A stretch of 64,000 nt of DNA from a bacterium (lineage in GTDB: Archaea; Thermoplasmatota; E2; JACPAO01; JAHFTW01), in NCBI GenBank assembly GCA_040390065.1, contig JAZJZE010000002.1, forward strand, positions 32,931 to 96,930, given 5' to 3'. Made by a program: the position numbers and the translations under genes. Below, one piece after another: positions 61,861 to 64,000 of the stretch; position 1 is the first letter of the stretch, and each line of letters starts with the position of its first letter. The notes under the pieces are model-generated. The model was not told the DNA's origin. It saw nothing but the letters and a program-made list of their open reading frames with translations, and made no database searches.

Positions 61861-63054
61861 CTATGTCCGAAGCATGCGCTCGGCCTTGCCCTGCAGGTCG
61901 TCGAGGGCGTTCTTGTAATTGATGAACGCAAGGTAGGGACTCGTGTACGGGGAGAAGTACGAGTGGATGTCCTGGTCGTTCAGGTTCTTGGTCGAGCAGT
62001 AGTACAGGTGGTCGCTCGTCTGGAGGCGCCGCCACGCCGTCGTCAAGGCCGGGTCGCGTGCCTGCCGGACGAGGTTGCCGATGCCTGCGAGCTGGTCGAA
62101 GCAGTGGTGCTGCATGCGATTGTGCAGCCAGGCGGAGACGTCACGCTCCGTGTCGGCCCACGAGATGGCGCGCGGCACTTCCAGCGTGTCGACGGGCACA
62201 TGGCGGGCGGCCACCTCGCGAGGCAGGGCGTACGACAGGTGGCCGTGCCGCGCCGTCTCCTTCGGGAGGTGTTCGAGGAACTGGAAGATGCCGGTCTCGG
62301 GCCATTGGTGTTCGCCGAAGGTCTCGTAGTCCATGAAGAGATTCACGGTCTCCCCCGGCGCTTTGGCGAGCCACGCGGCGTACTTGTCGGCCGTCAGGGG
62401 GAAATCAGCCCAGCCGTGCGACGAGAAGCGGAAGGCCACGTCGTCGCTCAGGCGGTAGTTCTTGAGCAGGACGCGCAGGTTGCTGCCGGGCCGCGCGGGC
62501 CGGTACACATGGTTTGGCGAGCGCGCGCCGAGGATGTGGTCGGCGCCCTCCGTCAGCATGGCCGTGTAGCCGAGGGATTCGACGGTGTCGGCGATGCGGT
62601 TGTCGTAGATGAGTTCCGTGTTGCGGAAGCTCGTGGGACGTTGCCCGAAGTGCCGCTCGATGGCACGGCGGTGCTCGGCCACCTGTTCCTTCATCTCCTG
62701 CTGGTCGCCCCACAGGCCGGCCAACGAGTGGTAATGCGTCTCGTCGAGGAATTCGACATGACCCGTGCGCGCCAAGTCGCGGAAGGAGTCGAGGACGTCG
62801 GGCCGCTGCTCTTCGAGTTGGTCAAGAAGGACGCCGCTCAGGCTGTACGCGACGCGGAAGGCGCCATCGCTCTTGCGCACCATCTCGGCGATGGCCGCGT
62901 TGGTGGGCAGGTAGCATTTCGTCGAGGCGCGGTCGAGGATCTCGCGGTTCTTCGCGTCGTCCCAATAATCCAATCCTTGGCGCGGGGAAAACGGGCGCAG
63001 CCGCCGCAATCGGTAAGGCTGGTGGACTTGGAAGTAGAGGCAGATGTCGGTCAT
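61861..63054 (-). CDS. glycoside hydrolase family 57 protein (alpha-glucan-acting)
   Basis: N-terminal ICLYFQVHQPYRL (GH57 signature HQP), EFLDETHYHS, catalytic-region EWDY-type motifs. ATGA overlap with upstream gene. Confidence 0.75.
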   Translation of the reverse strand: MTDICLYFQVHQPYRLRRLRPFSPRQGLDYWDDAKNREILDRASTKCYLPTNAAIAEMVRKSDGAFRVAYSLSGVLLDQLEEQRPDVLDSFRDLARTGHVEFLDETHYHSLAGLWGDQQEMKEQVAEHRRAIERHFGQRPTSFRNTELIYDNRIADTVESLGYTAMLTEGADHILGARSPNHVYRPARPGSNLRVLLKNYRLSDDVAFRFSSHGWADFPLTADKYAAWLAKAPGETVNLFMDYETFGEHQWPETGIFQFLEHLPKETARHGHLSYALPREVAARHVPVDTLEVPRAISWADTERDVSAWLHNRMQHHCFDQLAGIGNLVRQARDPALTTAWRRLQTSDHLYYCSTKNLNDQDIHSYFSPYTSPYLAFINYKNALDDLQGKAERMLRT

Positions 63055-64000
63055 GCTGCCACCTCGAGGATGGCGGCCGGCCCGGGAGCGTGCAACGCCA
63101 AGTGCGCGGCGACGGCCCCGAGCGGTGCCGGCGCCAACGGGGCTAGGCGGGTATACAGGTCCTTCGTGCGGGCGGCGCAGAGAGCCCAGGTGAAGCCCAC
63201 GGCCTCCTTGGCACCGTTGCGGCCCATCTCTTCGCGCAGCGCGGCGTTGTCGACCAGGGCGATGATCATGCGGGCCATCTCGTCGACATCGTCATGGTCG
63301 GAGCGCAGGACGTGGTGCAGGGCTTCGCCGACGCCGCAGGAATGGCTGACGATGGTGGGCAAGCCCGTGGCCATCGCTTCGAGGACGCTGATGCCAAAGG
63401 GCTCGCTCACGCTAGGCAGGACGTACAAGCCGTGGTGTGCGTAGACGTCGGCCAAGTCGGCGTTGCCGACGAACCCCGTGAACTGCACGCGATTGCCCAT
63501 GCCGTGCTCGAGGGCATACTCGATGCATTCCCCCAGCATTTCGCCAGTGCCCGCCATGACGAACCGGGTGTCGGGGCGAATCTCCAGGACACGGCGGGCG
63601 GCGCGCAGGAACGACAGCGGGCCTTTCTGGCGGCTGAGGCGGCTCAGGAACAGGACGGGGCCCGGCGCCGTCGCGTAGTCGCGGTGGTCGGCGCTGCGGA
63701 ACTTGCTTGCGTCGATGCCGTTGTGGATGGCCACGACCTTGCCGGGATCGATGCCATACTGCTGGACCAGCGCCTGCTTCGTGTAGCGGCTGACCGCGAT
63801 GACCAGGTCGGCTTCTCGGACGCCCCGCCGTTCGATGTCGGCGATCCATTGCTGCGGGTGGAAGCCGGCGCTGCGGTCGGACTCCATGCTGTGCATCGTC
63901 ACGACGAGTGGCTTTCCCGTGCGCTCCTTGATGGCCAATGCGGCGGGGATTGTGATCCAGTCGTGGGCGTGCAGGACGTCGGCGTCGTGCGAGTCGAACG
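63051..64000 (-). CDS. glgA: glycogen-synthase-like GT-B glycosyltransferase (GT4/GT5), 5-prime end beyond window
   Basis: C-terminal domain VLFLSRLSRQKG, EPFGISVLEAMATGLPTIVSHSCGVGE. Upstream continues in frame to the window edge (…HAHDWITIP…). Stop overlaps GH57 start. Confidence 0.7.
   Translation of the reverse strand, partial: FDSHDADVLHAHDWITIPAALAIKERTGKPLVVTMHSMESDRSAGFHPQQWIADIERRGVREADLVIAVSRYTKQALVQQYGIDPGKVVAIHNGIDASKFRSADHRDYATAPGPVLFLSRLSRQKGPLSFLRAARRVLEIRPDTRFVMAGTGEMLGECIEYALEHGMGNRVQFTGFVGNADLADVYAHHGLYVLPSVSEPFGISVLEAMATGLPTIVSHSCGVGEALHHVLRSDHDDVDEMARMIIALVDNAALREEMGRNGAKEAVGFTWALCAARTKDLYTRLAPLAPAPLGAVAAHLALHAPGPAAILEVAA

Noticed and set aside
1-64000. CRISPR arrays, rRNA genes, integrases or transposases
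   Set aside because: No regularly spaced short direct repeats, no rRNA-like conserved stretches and no recombinase motifs were seen on either strand.

Overview
This window is a visibly GC-rich (about two-thirds G+C by eye, not computed) archaeal chromosome segment. Archaeal markers are an FtsZ gene preceded by a CdrS-like ribbon-helix-helix gene, Nob1, a PAC2 proteasome-assembly chaperone, an NcsA/TtuA tRNA thiolase, a family-4 uracil-DNA glycosylase, an SRP RNA with helix 6, and a giant protein with a PGF-CTERM sorting signal. Many long ORFs in the six-frame track are high-GC frame artefacts; I kept the frame with recognisable domains and sensible amino-acid composition. The window has three parts. 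Positions 0.5-20 kb and 30-32 kb hold a surface-protein island of six large secreted proteins built from Kelch, PKD, FG-GAP, FN3/Ig-like and thrombospondin type-3 (TSP3) calcium-binding repeats, including a tandem paralog pair. Five of these proteins end in the same TSP3 / single transmembrane helix / basic-tail cassette, and a sixth ends in PGF-CTERM. Positions 20-36 kb and 50-64 kb are housekeeping: ncsA/ttuA, cdrS-ftsZ, UDG, SRP RNA, arsA/GET3, prs, tRNA-Trp, TauE, RNase HI, uvrB, Nob1, PrsW, mdh, PAC2, and glgA-like plus GH57. Positions 37-51 kb are a glycan-biosynthesis locus. Its core is a translationally coupled six-gene operon (GT-C-like polytopic membrane protein, Dpm1-like GT2, two FG-GAP beta-propeller lipoproteins, two GT4) converging on a second cluster (nucleotidyltransferase, alkaline-phosphatase-family phosphodiesterase, GT2, Wzx-like flippase, regulator). 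I consider this operon the best candidate for an undescribed extracytoplasmic glycosylation system. Non-coding structure includes a 35-bp perfect (about 125-bp imperfect) inverted repeat flanking a 5.5-kb segment, a tandem palindromic repeat between rnhA and uvrB with dispersed relatives, two 77-bp direct repeats, paired TGTC-N-GACA palindromes upstream of cdrS-ftsZ, and a conserved promoter-like motif upstream of the surface-protein genes.
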